From a virus (taxonomy: Duplodnaviria; Caudoviricetes): a stretch of 58,423 nucleotides of DNA. Shown here piece after piece: positions 28,200-37,680 of the stretch (its first letter is position 1; every line of letters begins with the position of its first letter). The position numbers and the translations under genes were made by a program. The stretch is taken from positions 1 through 58,423 of IMG/VR virus record IMGVR_UViG_3300027822_000013. The stretch is one strand, 5' to 3'. The notes beneath the pieces were generated by a model. The model did not search any database and was not told the DNA's origin. It saw only the letters and a list, made by a program, of their open reading frames with translations.

Positions 28200-28727
28200 T
28201 CATTCTCTGGACCTCCTTACTAAGTTAGTGAACTCCTTCAACTCCAAAAACACATCACATTGTCTTCTTAATTCGTCTGCCGTAGTAACCATAGTGGAAA
28301 CCACCACCACTATTTTCCCCTTTCTTTGCAGTTCTTCCACCAATGCTTTGAAATCTCCATCCCCGCTGAAGATAACCGCCACATCAATGTGGGGGGCCAG
28401 GTTCATTGCCCCCAGAACCAATTCAACATCCATATTACCTTTTCGTGTGATCTCTCCTGCCCCGTTCTCAAACTCTTTTACAGGCTTGGTGACCATTTGA
28501 AAACCGTTATACTGTAACCAATCCAACAACGGACGTAAAGAAGAATAATCGTCACCTTCAGTGACCGCAGTATAGTACAAGGCCCGAATAAAATTGGTGT
28601 TGTGTTGAAACCACTCGATCAATCCGGCATAATCCATTTCCCCGCCAAGGGCTTTAAGACTGGCGTGGAGGTTAGCCCCATCAATAAATAGGGCTGTGCG
28701 TTTGGTGTTTGATTTAAATATGTCCAT
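28200..28727 (-). CDS. NYN-domain (LabA/DUF88, PIN-like) protein
   Basis: FIDGANL, KGNMDVEL, SGDGDF and ADELRRQCDVF motifs. Confidence 0.92.
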   Translation of the reverse strand: MDIFKSNTKRTALFIDGANLHASLKALGGEMDYAGLIEWFQHNTNFIRALYYTAVTEGDDYSSLRPLLDWLQYNGFQMVTKPVKEFENGAGEITRKGNMDVELVLGAMNLAPHIDVAVIFSGDGDFKALVEELQRKGKIVVVVSTMVTTADELRRQCDVFLELKEFTNLVRRSRE

Positions 28728-28728
28728 G

Positions 28729-29118
28729 TTACTTATTCCAGGGTTTAAAGTTGAGAAGATCGCTGATAGGGGGCCATGTACCGTTAAAAGTCAACGCCCG
28801 GTCATCAATCGTTACCATCGCCGGGGGTTTGGAAATAGGCCATTTAATGTGCTTATAGACTAATTCGATCACGTTGATTTCGGGGGCGTGTTCTTCAAGA
28901 CAATACTGCAACCATTCCTGCATTGCCTCAATACCCCCTGGTTGGCTTGACCTTGAGGAGTATATTTGAACATTAAAGTGTTTATGAGCCACAACCAGAA
29001 AATCCAAAGCACCTCTTACCGGGGGATCAGATATGATTGCAGCTCCACTCCACCCACTAGTGTAGCTATGAATCACCCCATCAAAGTCCAGACATAGTAT
29101 TGGTTTACGTTTTGACAT
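28729..29118 (-). CDS. HAD-family phosphatase (PNKP / 5'-nucleotidase-like)
   Basis: LDFDGVIHSY, YSSR and KPPA..TIDDRA motifs. Confidence 0.85.
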   Translation of the reverse strand: MSKRKPILCLDFDGVIHSYTSGWSGAAIISDPPVRGALDFLVVAHKHFNVQIYSSRSSQPGGIEAMQEWLQYCLEEHAPEINVIELVYKHIKWPISKPPAMVTIDDRALTFNGTWPPISDLLNFKPWNK

Positions 29119-29120
29119 AA

Positions 29121-29552
29121 TTAATTTCCTGTACGTTCGGGCACTTTAACAATAGTCCCTAGTTTACTGTCCCAGGTATAAGTCGTACGAGTATCTGCGG
29201 TGGTGATGGCTATCTCTTTGCCCTCAAACACTCGAACCTCATTCACAATATGTCGGTGACTGTTGAGATACTCCAGCATACTGCTCAGTGCCTCCACATC
29301 ATCAAAAACTCTGATTTGAGGTTCCTTGTTACTGTCCCTATAGATTACCATGTATTCGCTACTCATGTTTCCGTCCTTCTTTTCTTTCGATCTTTCTTCA
29401 TTGATACCATACACCACTTTATCCAATGTTTCTTCAGAACCTACCACCACCCCTCCCCTCAAAGTGATTTCTGTGTAAAGCCCCCGCTTGGTTCTGACCT
29501 TCCTAATTTGCCCCACAGGAACATCCACAAACCGTGGTTGAGCAAACCTCAT
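29121..29552 (-). CDS. Hypothetical protein
   Basis: TGATG coupling to the primase stop codon. Confidence 0.55.
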   Translation of the reverse strand: MRFAQPRFVDVPVGQIRKVRTKRGLYTEITLRGGVVVGSEETLDKVVYGINEERSKEKKDGNMSSEYMVIYRDSNKEPQIRVFDDVEALSSMLEYLNSHRHIVNEVRVFEGKEIAITTADTRTTYTWDSKLGTIVKVPERTGN

Positions 29553-31852
29553 CACCAATCCCCCTTCATTCCAGTTGTTGTTTCCCACATCTCTCTACAC
29601 TCCTTCAATTCAGGCATCACGTAAAAATAGGGTCTGCGATCCTCCCATTTTTCCCAGCCTTCCTTATCAAACACCTTCACTTGGGCAGCTTTCTGGATGG
29701 TTCCTACATCACCCACCCTCTTCAAATATTTACCCAAAGTCATCTTTGTGAGCCGTTTATAAATCCCGGCATTGCGTGCCCACACAATATAGTCCTCCCA
29801 GATTTCTTCTTTCTGGACCTCCACCTCCCATTTGTCGTGATCAACCAACATACGACCTTCGCACAACTTATGGTACCACCAGGAACTTTCATGAGTCATG
29901 TTAAGCATTTTTTGTTCCTGCAATGCTCCTGTTTTGGGCACTGCTCGTATATCGAAATCAGTTAAATCATAGTTCAGTAGATACCATAACAGGTTTTCAT
30001 ATCCCCCGTTTTTTAAATCTTTGGCTAGTTGCCCAAAGTAGATGCTGTCTTGCATTACACCATCACCCACATCCAAAACAAAGTACCGTCTTTCATCCAT
30101 TCCCGCCGGGATGACCCACTCAGCGTTTGAAGCTAGAAATAGGTGAACATAGTTTGGGGCGGCAACAACATCAATGCCCTTGGCTTCAATGGCTAGCAAT
30201 TCTTCAGTCACCAGACTTTTCAAGACGCTCTCATGCTTTTTGTCCCCAGCATAGAAAGCTTCATCACCAAACAACACTACGCAGTCTCGTAAATGAGCAT
30301 TAAAACTGCCAACCAAATGTTTGGGGTCACTCACCTGAAGATAATGACGACCAAATAGCTTCCCAAAGTGTTTAACAAAGAAAGATTTACCCACTCCCTG
30401 CCTCCCCCGCATGACGACTGCCACTTGTCCGGGGGTGGCGGGGTCTTTTACACACCTAGCCAATAACCCAAGCAAATACTCGTAATACATGGTGTTGTTG
30501 TTACACACATTTCTCCTAAGGTGGGTGAGAAAGCTTTCATGTTTCGTTCCGGGTACAGCCTCCACCCCGAACCCTTTCCAAAGATTGTACACATCTCCTT
30601 TCACTTCTTTTCCTGGGTGGAAAACAATTGTTTCATATTGTCGCCGGGAAGGGTGGTCAAGCCACCATCCCCCAACAGGCTTCATTACAGGTCCATTCTT
30701 GTTCATCCCCACTTGTATTTTCTGATGAGAGTATCGGTTTTTAAAATCAGTGAAAGCTTGAAGGGTCAGTTTAGGTCTATCCAAGATGTGGTCTTCAACT
30801 TCCTCCAGTATTCTACACTTGCCACCAATGTTACCTATCACAGCATGTTTTTCGTTCAGCCTCATCAACCAGGGGTCAATTGCATCTTCTCTAGCTCGTT
30901 CTATCTGGCGCTTGGCGTACCCCTCTATGTTTGATCCTTTATCGAGTACGCTTTCACTGATCAAAAAGTCGGGATCAGTAATGACTGAAAATATAAGGTC
31001 ATCACTGCATTTTTGGCGCACCATTTCACAACATACAGCAAACAGTGCTTCAGACCTGGAACTGTATTTGTCAGGGTTATCGGGATGGACCCCCTGAACG
31101 ATGGTAGCTTTACACCAATCCGGTACGTCTTCCAACTCATCTACTGATGAAAGTCTTTCCACGTTACCTGATACCTGGACAGTACCACTATTAGTGCCCC
31201 CTTCAACCTGGACTTTAGGAGCAGGGGTGAAGATTTCTAGGGGGTATTCCTCTGCCCCGAACTTGACCAGCCTCGCCAAAGCTCTAACACGTCCTTTGGC
31301 TGCTTTCTTAGCATCAGGGATGTTAACAGTACCCGGCAACCGCATGATGCGATCAATGTTATGGCAATTATCTGCAGTAAATAAATTTTCCAAAGCAATA
31401 TTATACCGGGCAGCATCTTCAGCCAACGGTACGTTTCCCCCAATGGGAATGGGTTCCATGAGTTTCCAAAATCCTTGATAACCACCACCCGAAAACACCA
31501 CCACCGTAGGGGGTGTTTGGGCATTCTCAAGCAACAATCGTGCCCTGTCTTGTTCCTCTTCAATATTCTCCCCTATGCGAGGGTCAATATCTACGTGTAA
31601 CCACCGCACTTCAGAGATATCAGCCCTGGCTGCTTTACGATTCATAAACCGTAAAGCTGGATTTACTTGAAAATATATGTTACGTTTACCGTTCCATTTT
31701 TCCAACCAGGGACGTAATTCACTGAGTTTTAGTTGATTTGTAGCAATTGTCTTTTTATCTGGGTCAATACAGGTGAGCACAAAGGGTTCGCCCCACCGTC
31801 TGAGAAAATCAACCGCTTCCTCATTGTTCCCAATACCAGAGTAACTCATCAC
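29552..31852 (-). CDS. Primase-helicase (RepB-like primase plus DUF5906/SF3 helicase)
   Basis: LHVDID, VFSGGGYQGFW, RIMRLPGTVN; Walker A GRQGVGKS, FGDEA, ASN, DERRY. Confidence 0.9.
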   Translation of the reverse strand: MMSYSGIGNNEEAVDFLRRWGEPFVLTCIDPDKKTIATNQLKLSELRPWLEKWNGKRNIYFQVNPALRFMNRKAARADISEVRWLHVDIDPRIGENIEEEQDRARLLLENAQTPPTVVVFSGGGYQGFWKLMEPIPIGGNVPLAEDAARYNIALENLFTADNCHNIDRIMRLPGTVNIPDAKKAAKGRVRALARLVKFGAEEYPLEIFTPAPKVQVEGGTNSGTVQVSGNVERLSSVDELEDVPDWCKATIVQGVHPDNPDKYSSRSEALFAVCCEMVRQKCSDDLIFSVITDPDFLISESVLDKGSNIEGYAKRQIERAREDAIDPWLMRLNEKHAVIGNIGGKCRILEEVEDHILDRPKLTLQAFTDFKNRYSHQKIQVGMNKNGPVMKPVGGWWLDHPSRRQYETIVFHPGKEVKGDVYNLWKGFGVEAVPGTKHESFLTHLRRNVCNNNTMYYEYLLGLLARCVKDPATPGQVAVVMRGRQGVGKSFFVKHFGKLFGRHYLQVSDPKHLVGSFNAHLRDCVVLFGDEAFYAGDKKHESVLKSLVTEELLAIEAKGIDVVAAPNYVHLFLASNAEWVIPAGMDERRYFVLDVGDGVMQDSIYFGQLAKDLKNGGYENLLWYLLNYDLTDFDIRAVPKTGALQEQKMLNMTHESSWWYHKLCEGRMLVDHDKWEVEVQKEEIWEDYIVWARNAGIYKRLTKMTLGKYLKRVGDVGTIQKAAQVKVFDKEGWEKWEDRRPYFYVMPELKECREMWETTTGMKGDW

Positions 31853-32147
31853 ACCCTATTTTTCCTGTTTCTACTAACCAAACCCATTGTTTGGTTTTCC
31901 CGATTTCTTTTCCAACCTGATCCATGGTTTTTCTACATCTACGCCTCATGATGTAGCACCGTTCAGCATGGGTGGGGGTAATATCCCCAGTCAATTTCTT
32001 TAAATCTTCAGCAACTTTCCTTTGACCCCTTTCCATTTCCCCTATGGCCCAGGGAGTGTGGGGTGGGATTTGATTGCGTGGGGTCTTAGTCCTGCGCCGC
32101 CATAGGAGCAGTTTCTCACTTGAAGTAAGAATTATGGAGTGGCTCAT
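31821..32147 (-). CDS. Cro/CI-type HTH protein (tandem HTH-like)
   Basis: RRRCRKTMDQVGKEIGKTKQWVWLVETG. Confidence 0.7.
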   Translation of the reverse strand: MSHSIILTSSEKLLLWRRRTKTPRNQIPPHTPWAIGEMERGQRKVAEDLKKLTGDITPTHAERCYIMRRRCRKTMDQVGKEIGKTKQWVWLVETGKIGCDELLWYWEQ

Positions 32148-32539
32148 CTACAATACTTTCTTAGGAATGGAGTCAACCCAGCAATACCTGTTTCGCTATA
32201 CCACACACATAGTTCTATTAATTGGGGGCGGGTTAAATCACCCACTTGCTTTACTTCGTTTCCAGGAATCAACAACCATTCTCTTTTACATTGAATCAAC
32301 AACCAAGAAACTCCCCCACTCATCCATCGTCTTCTGAGAAATAGTTTTTGTTCCAAGTTGAAATGATCCAATCTGACGGGTCCTTCCCTAACAGGCCAGG
32401 ACCGTAACCACTTCAATTCGATCCACCCGGATAAATAATTGACGTCTGGCGTGCCCGGCCAACAGGGGTTTTCTACGGCAACAGCGTGAAGGGGTTTAAG
32501 CTCCTTCACCACTCTTGACCGTTGATCTGTTTCAGCCAT
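32144..32539 (-). CDS. PD-(D/E)xK nuclease, VRR-NUC / Holliday junction resolvase-like
   Basis: VEN...PGTPDV...WIELK...Q..F..RR motif. Confidence 0.8.
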   Translation of the reverse strand: MAETDQRSRVVKELKPLHAVAVENPCWPGTPDVNYLSGWIELKWLRSWPVREGPVRLDHFNLEQKLFLRRRWMSGGVSWLLIQCKREWLLIPGNEVKQVGDLTRPQLIELCVWYSETGIAGLTPFLRKYCR

Positions 32540-33098
32540 AGTACTCTCTCCACAAATCTTCCGTGAAGGTATCGGGCACGTTTTCTTCAACCAGTTTGAT
32601 AAGTTTTTTCAGTTTGGTCGTCAATTCTTTCTCGTTTTCCGATTGGGTGTGTCGCAAAAATAACTCAGAAGGTTTTGCCCTCTTTCTTTGGCGGTTCCTA
32701 TCTCCACTTTTCTTGTAAGCTTCCTTGGCCATTTCCTTAGCAGCCAACATGGCTTCAGCGTGGTTGGAGTACAAAAGTTCTTCACGGTAAACAGAACCGG
32801 ACCCCACGCCAGTTTCTTTACACATATAGGTGACTTTATCCTCTTCACCTAATTGTTCCTGGACTTTACGTTGGCCAACGGTAAGCATCTCTACTGACGG
32901 GTCAAACTTTTCAACAATTAGACTGTGACGATTATGGATGTCAGTACACCGAGGACAATTCATTTCCAGAATTTCCCCGCCAGGGGTGGTGACTTTCCAT
33001 TTCCCAGTGTTTAGGCAATCAGGACAATCCAGAGTGTGAGCACGTCCCTCAATCACCGGGTAGTACACTTTTTGGTTCAGTTCGTACTTCATCATCAT
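32532..33098 (-). CDS. Hypothetical protein with Zn-finger (CPDC...CPRC)
   Basis: Two CxxC pairs, the first as CxxCxxTG. Confidence 0.65.
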   Translation of the reverse strand: MMMKYELNQKVYYPVIEGRAHTLDCPDCLNTGKWKVTTPGGEILEMNCPRCTDIHNRHSLIVEKFDPSVEMLTVGQRKVQEQLGEEDKVTYMCKETGVGSGSVYREELLYSNHAEAMLAAKEMAKEAYKKSGDRNRQRKRAKPSELFLRHTQSENEKELTTKLKKLIKLVEENVPDTFTEDLWREYYG

Positions 33099-33306
33099 TT
33101 CCTTTCACAGGGTTCATCCATTCCAAGGCACTTTCCAGTGTTTCAATTAATTTCCTGGCTGCTTCTTGAGACATAGAAAAACTATTATCCACACCCACCT
33201 CTGGATGTAGGTGTCTCATTTTTACCATAGGTCCATATAGGGTATCATCTTTGCGGCTTACGTCCAGAAAGCTGTGTCCACTACTCAGTACTATTCTTTT
33301 TGTCAT
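33049..33306 (-). CDS. Hypothetical protein
   Basis: Overlapping operon arrangement. Confidence 0.55.
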   Translation of the reverse strand: MTKRIVLSSGHSFLDVSRKDDTLYGPMVKMRHLHPEVGVDNSFSMSQEAARKLIETLESALEWMNPVKGNDDEVRTEPKSVLPGD

Positions 33307-33781
33307 CCTCTTTTCCTTTCCCTAAGTTGTAGAGATTCAGGGACCTAATCTTACCCCCACTGTAAACATCCCTCATACAGGCAATCTGAACAGCCCAACC
33401 AGCTTGGTCGTGTTCAACAGGGGCGTCTTTCATCCCTGTAAAAGCATCCATGGCTGCTAGAGCAAATTGATATCCAGAACCAAGTGCTGCTGGGGCCTGG
33501 ATTTCGATAGGATGGCCGTTTGTGAATTCTCTCATAATCCCTGAATCCCAAACCCAGAATACAAATTTTACATCAGAGGGTACGGGATAGGTTGAGGGTA
33601 GCAGTTCGGTACTTAGGTACCAATCTATGCAAGGCTGAAAATAGGAAATATCGCCAGCAGAAGCAAACACACTCCCCCCTACCACCTTGATTTTCTCAAA
33701 TTCCATCTCTTCAATGGTGCCGTTACTATGAATCAACCCATCAGCAGCCAAGTTCTGTCCGTCCCAAGCAATAGTAGTCAT
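33281..33781 (-). CDS. HslV / proteasome-like Ntn-hydrolase
   Basis: MTTIAWDG..LAAD N-terminus with Thr nucleophile, AG, ALGSG..FA.AAM and DVYSGG motifs. Confidence 0.8.
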   Translation of the reverse strand: MTTIAWDGQNLAADGLIHSNGTIEEMEFEKIKVVGGSVFASAGDISYFQPCIDWYLSTELLPSTYPVPSDVKFVFWVWDSGIMREFTNGHPIEIQAPAALGSGYQFALAAMDAFTGMKDAPVEHDQAGWAVQIACMRDVYSGGKIRSLNLYNLGKGKEDDKKNSTE

Positions 33782-34053
33782 TTCACTTCCTCTTTCCATT
33801 TAAACCACAACAACCGTACCTTACCGGGTACAAGCTCAACCCATTGTTCCCCCTCAATCCAATCTGCCCAACAGGAAATCCAGCGGAACCAGTTTTCAGA
33901 AATGTCTGGAGGTATTCCATTCACCCCTGTATCGGGAATTGGACCTGTCCATTCATCAGGGCGGTGCATCCAATCGCCCTCACAATGAAGGTTCACGCAT
34001 TCCCATGTACAAGTAGTCTCGTTGTATAATTCCAGCCCCACACTTCGGGTCAT
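33778..34053 (-). CDS. Hypothetical Trp-rich protein
   Basis: ATGA-coupled ORF. Confidence 0.55.
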   Translation of the reverse strand: MTRSVGLELYNETTCTWECVNLHCEGDWMHRPDEWTGPIPDTGVNGIPPDISENWFRWISCWADWIEGEQWVELVPGKVRLLWFKWKEEVK

Positions 34054-34232
34054 ACCAGTTCCTTCTCTTCAGCCAACCATTGGGGGATAGAGAAAAAACT
34101 GAACCCTTCTTTTTTGTCAATTATCGCGACCTGTGATTTGGGCAACCACACTTCCTGGTCACCGTCACCCACCAGGTAAGCTCCATCAGTTTCTCTTACA
34201 ATTTCCAACCATATTTCTTCTACTTCGTCCAT
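34050..34232 (-). CDS. Small conserved phage protein
   Basis: ETDGAYLV...VWLPKSQ...IPQWLAEEK motif. Confidence 0.7.
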   Translation of the reverse strand: MDEVEEIWLEIVRETDGAYLVGDGDQEVWLPKSQVAIIDKKEGFSFFSIPQWLAEEKELV

Positions 34233-34250
34233 ATCATCTATCCTTTGGAT

Positions 34251-34685
34251 TTAGTGAGCTGTACCTTCAGCCTGGGGAGGGATAAAGGGTCTAAATGAAG
34301 ATAACCATTGAAAATGTTTGTACAACATTGCATCAACCTTTTCACATTGGACGTTGAATTGAGCCCCTTCCAATGTCTGTAAATTCTGATATTTGTTGTC
34401 TTGGTCTCCCCGGATTTCTACGTCTAAATTCATGAAAATTCTGGACCCAATCGCAGGCACGAAATTTGGTATGAACATATCTTCATGCCAATCAACATGT
34501 TGCATCATTCCCCCGTTCCTTTTATCCAGGGTCATAAAAGGGCTGATACCGTCCCGGCTGTTCCAAATCCATTCAATGAAACCGTCTTCAGGATTGACAT
34601 ACTTCATCAATCTATAAGCTTCTTTGAATTTGGGGTTTAGAGGGACTGGACGGGGTTCAACACAATCTGTCTTAAATTCAACCAT
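34251..34685 (-). CDS. Hypothetical protein
   Basis: EAYRLMKY...WIWNSRDGISPF motif; RBS. Confidence 0.65.
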   Translation of the reverse strand: MVEFKTDCVEPRPVPLNPKFKEAYRLMKYVNPEDGFIEWIWNSRDGISPFMTLDKRNGGMMQHVDWHEDMFIPNFVPAIGSRIFMNLDVEIRGDQDNKYQNLQTLEGAQFNVQCEKVDAMLYKHFQWLSSFRPFIPPQAEGTAH

Positions 34686-34686
34686 T

Positions 34687-34917
34687 TTAACTACTCCTTA
34701 CAGCTTTAAATAATCCGTCATCAGGGGTCCAATGGACCACCCACACTTCGTTGTCAATAAACACTTCTACATTATTAGGGGTAATTTCTGAGCGCGCAGC
34801 CCACCTACTTACCATTCCTTCAGCAATAGATTGATTAGTGACATTTCCTGTCATACAGTAAACCCAGGAAGGTTGTCCAAGATCAGGACACATCCATTTG
34901 TAATTTCTGGGACTCAT
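34687..34917 (-). CDS. Hypothetical protein
   Basis: Operon context. Confidence 0.55.
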   Translation of the reverse strand: MSPRNYKWMCPDLGQPSWVYCMTGNVTNQSIAEGMVSRWAARSEITPNNVEVFIDNEVWVVHWTPDDGLFKAVRSS

Positions 34918-35150
34918 GAATGTCCCTCCCCCACCAACACCAATCCGGCGGTTATTAGAAAGACCACTAAAACACCAACCCCCATCATAGTTGATTCATC
35001 AGTGGTTAGACCTAGAGCAACCACCCCTAAGGCTTGTAAAGCACATAAGAATAAGATGAAGATGAGAGTAAATCCCCCCGCTACAAAAACTACACCTACC
35101 CTATACATCAGTTTCTTCATTCTGGTTTCCTTTTTTGTACCAGCAGCCAT
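34914..35150 (-). CDS. Small two-TM membrane protein
   Basis: Two hydrophobic helices. Confidence 0.55.
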   Translation of the reverse strand: MAAGTKKETRMKKLMYRVGVVFVAGGFTLIFILFLCALQALGVVALGLTTDESTMMGVGVLVVFLITAGLVLVGEGHS

Positions 35151-35332
35151 CCCACCACCAGTAACAACACTGGTACCGCAACTATTATAGTTACCACTAT
35201 GTCCAAAATAGTTAGCTCATATCGTTGAAACCCTATAAGGACATATGCTGTGTAGTAAAACATAACGGCCATTAAACCCAATCCACAATATACCATAAAA
35301 TACCCAAGTTGTTTCATTCTATCTCTCCCCAA
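35117..35332 (-). CDS. Small two-TM membrane protein
   Basis: Two hydrophobic helices. Confidence 0.55.
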   Translation of the reverse strand: MGRDRMKQLGYFMVYCGLGLMAVMFYYTAYVLIGFQRYELTILDIVVTIIVAVPVLLLVVGWLLVQKRKPE

Positions 35333-37206
35333 CTAGGTCCAGTTTCAACATCTACTTTGCTGGGAACCTCAAGAGGTACACACTCCACCATTATATCGGC
35401 CAGCATCTTTGCATCCTTAGGGGAACCACTCATGTTGATTTCATCGTGTACTTGTAATTGTATTTCCAACCCAGCTTTGTCGGCTTCAACCATGGCCTGT
35501 TTTGTTTGGTCGGCACTACTACCTTGTATAAGTCGGTTAAGAGCTTTATGTGTCCAATCAAACCCACCCCCGTTAATTTGAGGAAACCTGCATTTGCGAC
35601 CCAGGATAGTTCGTATGAACCCAACACGCTTTGCTTGTGTTTCACACTTCTTTGATAACCTCTTTATGTAAGGTGCGTGGTGATTAAAAGTGTCCAGAAT
35701 GTTTTGTGCTTCGGGACCGGCCACCTCATAAACTTTTTCAAATTTCCCACTGCCTTGCCTCCTCATAGCTGTGGGCAATCCAAGGTTTCGTGCTAGTTTA
35801 GCTCCTCCCATTCCATAACAAAGGCCCAAGAAAATATCTTTCGCATAGGTTCTTTTTAGTCCTGTTAGATCAGCCATAAATTGGTGGTTGTCTAGATCAG
35901 GGTTTTCAACATAGGCTTTTACAGCTTTATCAGCCCCACCACACCTAGCCAGATAGGCATAATGGGTGGTCATACGAGGTTCTTGCTGTGAATAGTCGTT
36001 ACAAATCCACTCCCCGTGATCCGGCCTATATATACCGCGCCACTGCTTGGCGTAGGCTCCACGGGAAGGTTGTTGCTGTAGGTTGGGCTGTTCTGAACTT
36101 AACCTCCCAAAGCCTGCGCCTCCTAAGCTGCCGTCATCCTTCTGTTTCCTAAGCTGGTTGAATAAGCAATGAATACGGCCATCCACCATTCTATCCATTA
36201 TGGATTGTACAAAGGTGGTACGCAATTTGTTGTATTGACGAGCCACCAAAATCTGTTTACAAACGGGGTGATCACTTCCTTCAAGAATTGCTTTGTCAAT
36301 CTTGGGTTTCCCGGTCGGGGTTTCTCCCAAGGAAAAATTGATGGCTTTCATGACTGGTACCAGTTTGGCTGCTTTGTATACATCCCCTTCAGCCACCATC
36401 ACCCCACTCAATCGTTTTATTTCGTGCAAGGCAGCTCTTTCGGTTTCCAGTGCCATGTTTGATATTTGGGCTAATCGGTCCTGATCAATCAGCACTCCCC
36501 TCTGCCTCATCTTTAAAAGAACCGGCATAACAGCAGATTCAAGCTCGTATATTTGCCCTAATTCCTGTTTGTCGATTTCTCTTTCTTGTTTCCTCAAAAT
36601 TTGTAGAGGTAACGAAGCATCTTCTTCAGCATAAGGTCCTACATATTCTGCCGGCAAAGTCCATATTTTTCCTTTCCAGCTTCGGGTCTTTAGGTTGATA
36701 CCGTAAGATACACAGGCCTCTTTCATCAAATTCTCTTCTTTACCAGAAAACCCCCACCGTTCCGCAATTGCTTGAAGAGAGTACGATTTATGAAGTTCAC
36801 TGATTAGGGGATCAGCAATCATAACATCAAGAAATCTAGATATACCAGTAAACCGTACACTATAAGCATCAAGCCAATCAAGATCATACTGTAAATTTGC
36901 CCCACATATTATTCCTTCATAGTTTTTGGCTTGATGTCGAAGGTAGTTCATCACGTTCTCTTCAGGAAGGTTCCCCCCTCCCTTATGACCTGTGGGAAGG
37001 TAAAATGAGGGACCATCCTCAATCGCAAAGGATATTCCCGCAATGTGACTATTACCCCGGCGTGCCCCCGGCCCCATTGTAGTTAGGTCAGGATCATTGG
37101 TTTCAGTGTCTATCCCAATCCGCTTAATTCCCTTCCAATCAGGAAGGGAATTAAGGTCAGGGGCAACCCAATCGGAATCAGGTTTAAAGAGAGGCAATTG
37201 ATCCAT
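35314..37206 (-). CDS. polA: DNA polymerase family A with 3'-5' exonuclease
   Basis: IDTET (ExoI), GRLSS..PNLQQ, DYSQQEPR (motif A), R..AK....G..YG (motif B), QVHDE (motif C). Confidence 0.95.
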   Translation of the reverse strand: MDQLPLFKPDSDWVAPDLNSLPDWKGIKRIGIDTETNDPDLTTMGPGARRGNSHIAGISFAIEDGPSFYLPTGHKGGGNLPEENVMNYLRHQAKNYEGIICGANLQYDLDWLDAYSVRFTGISRFLDVMIADPLISELHKSYSLQAIAERWGFSGKEENLMKEACVSYGINLKTRSWKGKIWTLPAEYVGPYAEEDASLPLQILRKQEREIDKQELGQIYELESAVMPVLLKMRQRGVLIDQDRLAQISNMALETERAALHEIKRLSGVMVAEGDVYKAAKLVPVMKAINFSLGETPTGKPKIDKAILEGSDHPVCKQILVARQYNKLRTTFVQSIMDRMVDGRIHCLFNQLRKQKDDGSLGGAGFGRLSSEQPNLQQQPSRGAYAKQWRGIYRPDHGEWICNDYSQQEPRMTTHYAYLARCGGADKAVKAYVENPDLDNHQFMADLTGLKRTYAKDIFLGLCYGMGGAKLARNLGLPTAMRRQGSGKFEKVYEVAGPEAQNILDTFNHHAPYIKRLSKKCETQAKRVGFIRTILGRKCRFPQINGGGFDWTHKALNRLIQGSSADQTKQAMVEADKAGLEIQLQVHDEINMSGSPKDAKMLADIMVECVPLEVPSKVDVETGPSWGEIE

Positions 37207-37666
37207 CAGACCACCCTTTTAGTTCCAAATCAAGCAGAGACCGAAACAAGTTCAACACCAAACCTGGCTTCACGTTAAACACATCCCATTTATTGACATT
37301 AAATTCTGCTGCTTGTTCAAGTAATTCCCAAGCCATGAACTGACTGTCCACAGTCATGCCTTCTGCATAGTCCAGGGGTTCATGAAGTTCATGAAGTACC
37401 AAGATTAGATACCTCCTCAAATCCCGTACATCATCCCTGATACCTTCGTCACGGTCATCATTACCCATAGCCGCCAACAAAGATCGCTGTTGGGTTTGCT
37501 GGCTAATCCGGTCCCACTTTCTAGCCAACATCATAAAGGCCCCTCCCCCTCCCCTCTTTTTCCAACTGTCCCCGTAGTCTTCAGCTTTTTTGATCAAAAC
37601 TTGAACATCGTTCTTTACAATATTCAAGGCAAGATCACCACTGATGCGGCTTAATCGAGTATCCAT
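37184..37666 (-). CDS. Nucleotide-modification-associated domain 1 (Nmad1/DUF1599-like) protein
   Basis: KKAEDYGDSWKKRG..GAFMMLARKWDR and DLRRYLIL motifs. Confidence 0.75.
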   Translation of the reverse strand: MDTRLSRISGDLALNIVKNDVQVLIKKAEDYGDSWKKRGGGGAFMMLARKWDRISQQTQQRSLLAAMGNDDRDEGIRDDVRDLRRYLILVLHELHEPLDYAEGMTVDSQFMAWELLEQAAEFNVNKWDVFNVKPGLVLNLFRSLLDLELKGWSDGSIASL

Positions 37667-37680
37667 TTCATTTTCCTGTT

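Noticed and set aside
31821-32147. Lysogeny module
   Set aside because: Only an HTH gene inside the replication operon; no integrase, excisionase, partition genes or protelomerase were recognised.
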